A DNA stretch of 64,000 bases from the human T2T-CHM13v2.0 reference genome, Homo sapiens. Below, in pieces: positions 61,901-64,000 of the stretch (position 1 is the stretch's first letter; each line of letters opens with the position of its first letter). The notes below the pieces were generated by a model. The model was not told where the DNA came from, did not search any database, and worked only from the letters and a program-made list of their open reading frames with translations. The stretch lies in assembly GCA_009914755.4 (NCBI GenBank), contig CP068257.2:35744001-35808000 (forward strand), given 5' to 3'. A program made the position numbers and the translations under genes.

Positions 61901-64000
61901 TTATTTGATTAAGGGACCTCCCCTCCCTTTTATTTTTGATTTATACCTATTAATAACATCCTGTGGACCATGATTTGGGAAAATCATGTTGGAAATAGAA
62001 GGGGCTGCCATTCTTTGTTTTGTTGAAATGAACTTCTTTAACAACTAAAATTTTTTAAACAATAGTGATATACTAGTCACTTTTAAATGTGGAATAGTTC
62101 CAAAGCATACAGAGCTATCACTTTTTGAGGATGAATAAACATGGAAATTTATTTTTAAATGTGCTGATTTGTTCATATTGTCTATGTCATAATTCTTATG
62201 CATACACTATATATATACTCATATATATGAATTTAAGTACTTAAAACCGTTTGTGGCAGAGTTTTAATTTTGGATTCTCTTAACTCATTTTAAAATGTGA
62301 ATTTTGTAGGACAAAATTTTCATATTTCCAGTGATCACAAATGGGGTGTATTCATTATACAAGAGTTAGAAATCAGATCTGTAAATTACAAAACCCCAAC
62401 TTTTAAAATCCCATCATATGTGGGGTACACTAGGAGAATGAAAGGGCATGTAGATTGTAATATTTAGGAAGCTGTCACCAGTTTGCCTCCCCTTGGAATT
62501 GTTGTCGTGGTCGTGTGTGTCTGATCTTTTTCTTTGTCTGTGTCTCCTTCTCTAGCTTTCGTTCATGTCTCAACCCAAGCAGTTTGACTTTTTTCTTACT
62601 GATTCAATAAATTTATTTTTCTAGTAAGTTAAAAAGATAGTGGATTTGCTTTTGCACTCATGTTTTTACTTTTTGTTTATTAGATGATACAAAATCACTG
62701 AAAGAATTCTGAAATGTATAAATATATATAGATAAGTATAAGGAAACATATCCCAAGTTTTAGTGTCCCCTACAGTGTGGCACATTCCCTTCCAGTTGTT
62801 TTTCATGCCATTTTTTTAACTAATTGAGGTCATTTTGAATATTCAGGATGATGTGGTTGGGTAAGATCCATTTTATACTCGTGTTGACTAACATATCATA
62901 AATGTTGCCCTACATCATCAAAAGCTAACCATAGTGATTTGCTGTTACTTTGAACTTGGAGCAAATCCAGGGTACTCAGAATGCTTTTGAAGATAATTAC
63001 TTTAGATATTTATTTTACAGTATGCTTATTTCCTAGTTAAGTTAGGTATCTCTTATTTTTAGGCATTAAGTTGTTTTTTAAAGCACTAATACCTGTGCAT
63101 AGTATTTGGCTGTAAAATTATTTTCTTATAATTGATTCCTAGGAGTCATAATGTTTGAAAAATTTTCAGGCTCTTGATGCAACTTTTCAGAAAGCTGTTT
63201 GGTAATATGTACCACTCTGTACATTACAAGAATGTCTCTTAATTTATTTTTCTCAGCATTGAGTATTATAGTTAAAATAAATCTTCAACAGGCAAAAAGA
63301 AGAATCTCTTATTTTGGAACAAATGAAGTAGTATTGTATACTTGGTGGAGGAAATATAAGTGCTTTAGAAATGCATAAAGTAAAAAGAGACAGCCACTCC
63401 CCTTTTCCTAATAGTTTGGAGTCTGTCTTTCTAGCGAGTAGTTTTTGTTTAATACGTTTATGGCATTTGCACATGTTGTTTACCAGTTTTATGTCCAGCT
63501 AGTCCGATAGTTCCTGAAGGTCAGGGGGTTAAGGCTTATCCTCTTTGTGTGCCCTGTGACTGTCTGGCAGGATTTCTGGGACACAGGAAGTGCTCAGCAA
63601 ATGCAAAAAGAATAATTTTTGGCATCCTAATGGCATTTTTAATGCCTAAAAATAAGTATATTAATGCTTGCTTTAATACATTTCTTCAAGTGGTTTTAAG
63701 AGTTTCTTATTATTTTCCATTGCTTTTTATGTTTCATAGTTTTATTTATGTTTCTAAGTGGAAGCAATTAATAATGATTACATTATGTATGTGTCATATG
63801 AAAAAGCATTTGATATTTATAGAAAAAATGATGGGAAATCTGAGGTAAGCCACATTGTAAAATTGAATTTTTTACCTTAGTGTGTCTATTTAAGACCCAG
63901 GTAAAAGAAAATACATTTATATTCATGATTTTGGATTTTAGGTATACTTATTAAGTGTACCTTGAAAGAATGTCTAAGTTCTAGGAAGATGACAACAGAA

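Overview
This window reads as human (primate) nuclear genomic DNA, not a prokaryotic locus. Two things stand out: one large CpG-island promoter at about 4.2-6.6 kb, and roughly 57 kb of what looks like a long first intron downstream of it. The CpG island carries E-box, Sp1 GC-box, tandem CRE-like, PBX-MEIS, X-box-like, inverted CCAAT and three YY1-like motifs. It is followed by a GC-rich region with no ATG on the + strand that ends at a consensus splice donor (CCG|GTGAGT, intron starts 5945). I read that as the non-coding first exon (5' UTR) of a +strand gene that I cannot name from sequence alone. The rest of the window is dominated by about 35 Alu copies, several of them bounded by target-site duplications. 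It also holds MIR fragments, five co-oriented ERVL/MaLR-type solo LTRs, a MITE-like DNA transposon, a 60-bp L1 3'-end mini-insertion with a 17-bp target-site duplication, microsatellites and two short tandem duplications. None of the six-frame ORFs looks like a real coding exon; the long ones are GC-rich, low-complexity artefacts using non-ATG starts. I found no rRNA, tRNA or CRISPR array. The promoter and 5' UTR architecture, with its repeat and structure-forming tracts, is the most interesting content. The retroelement details are ordinary apart from a few oddities listed below.
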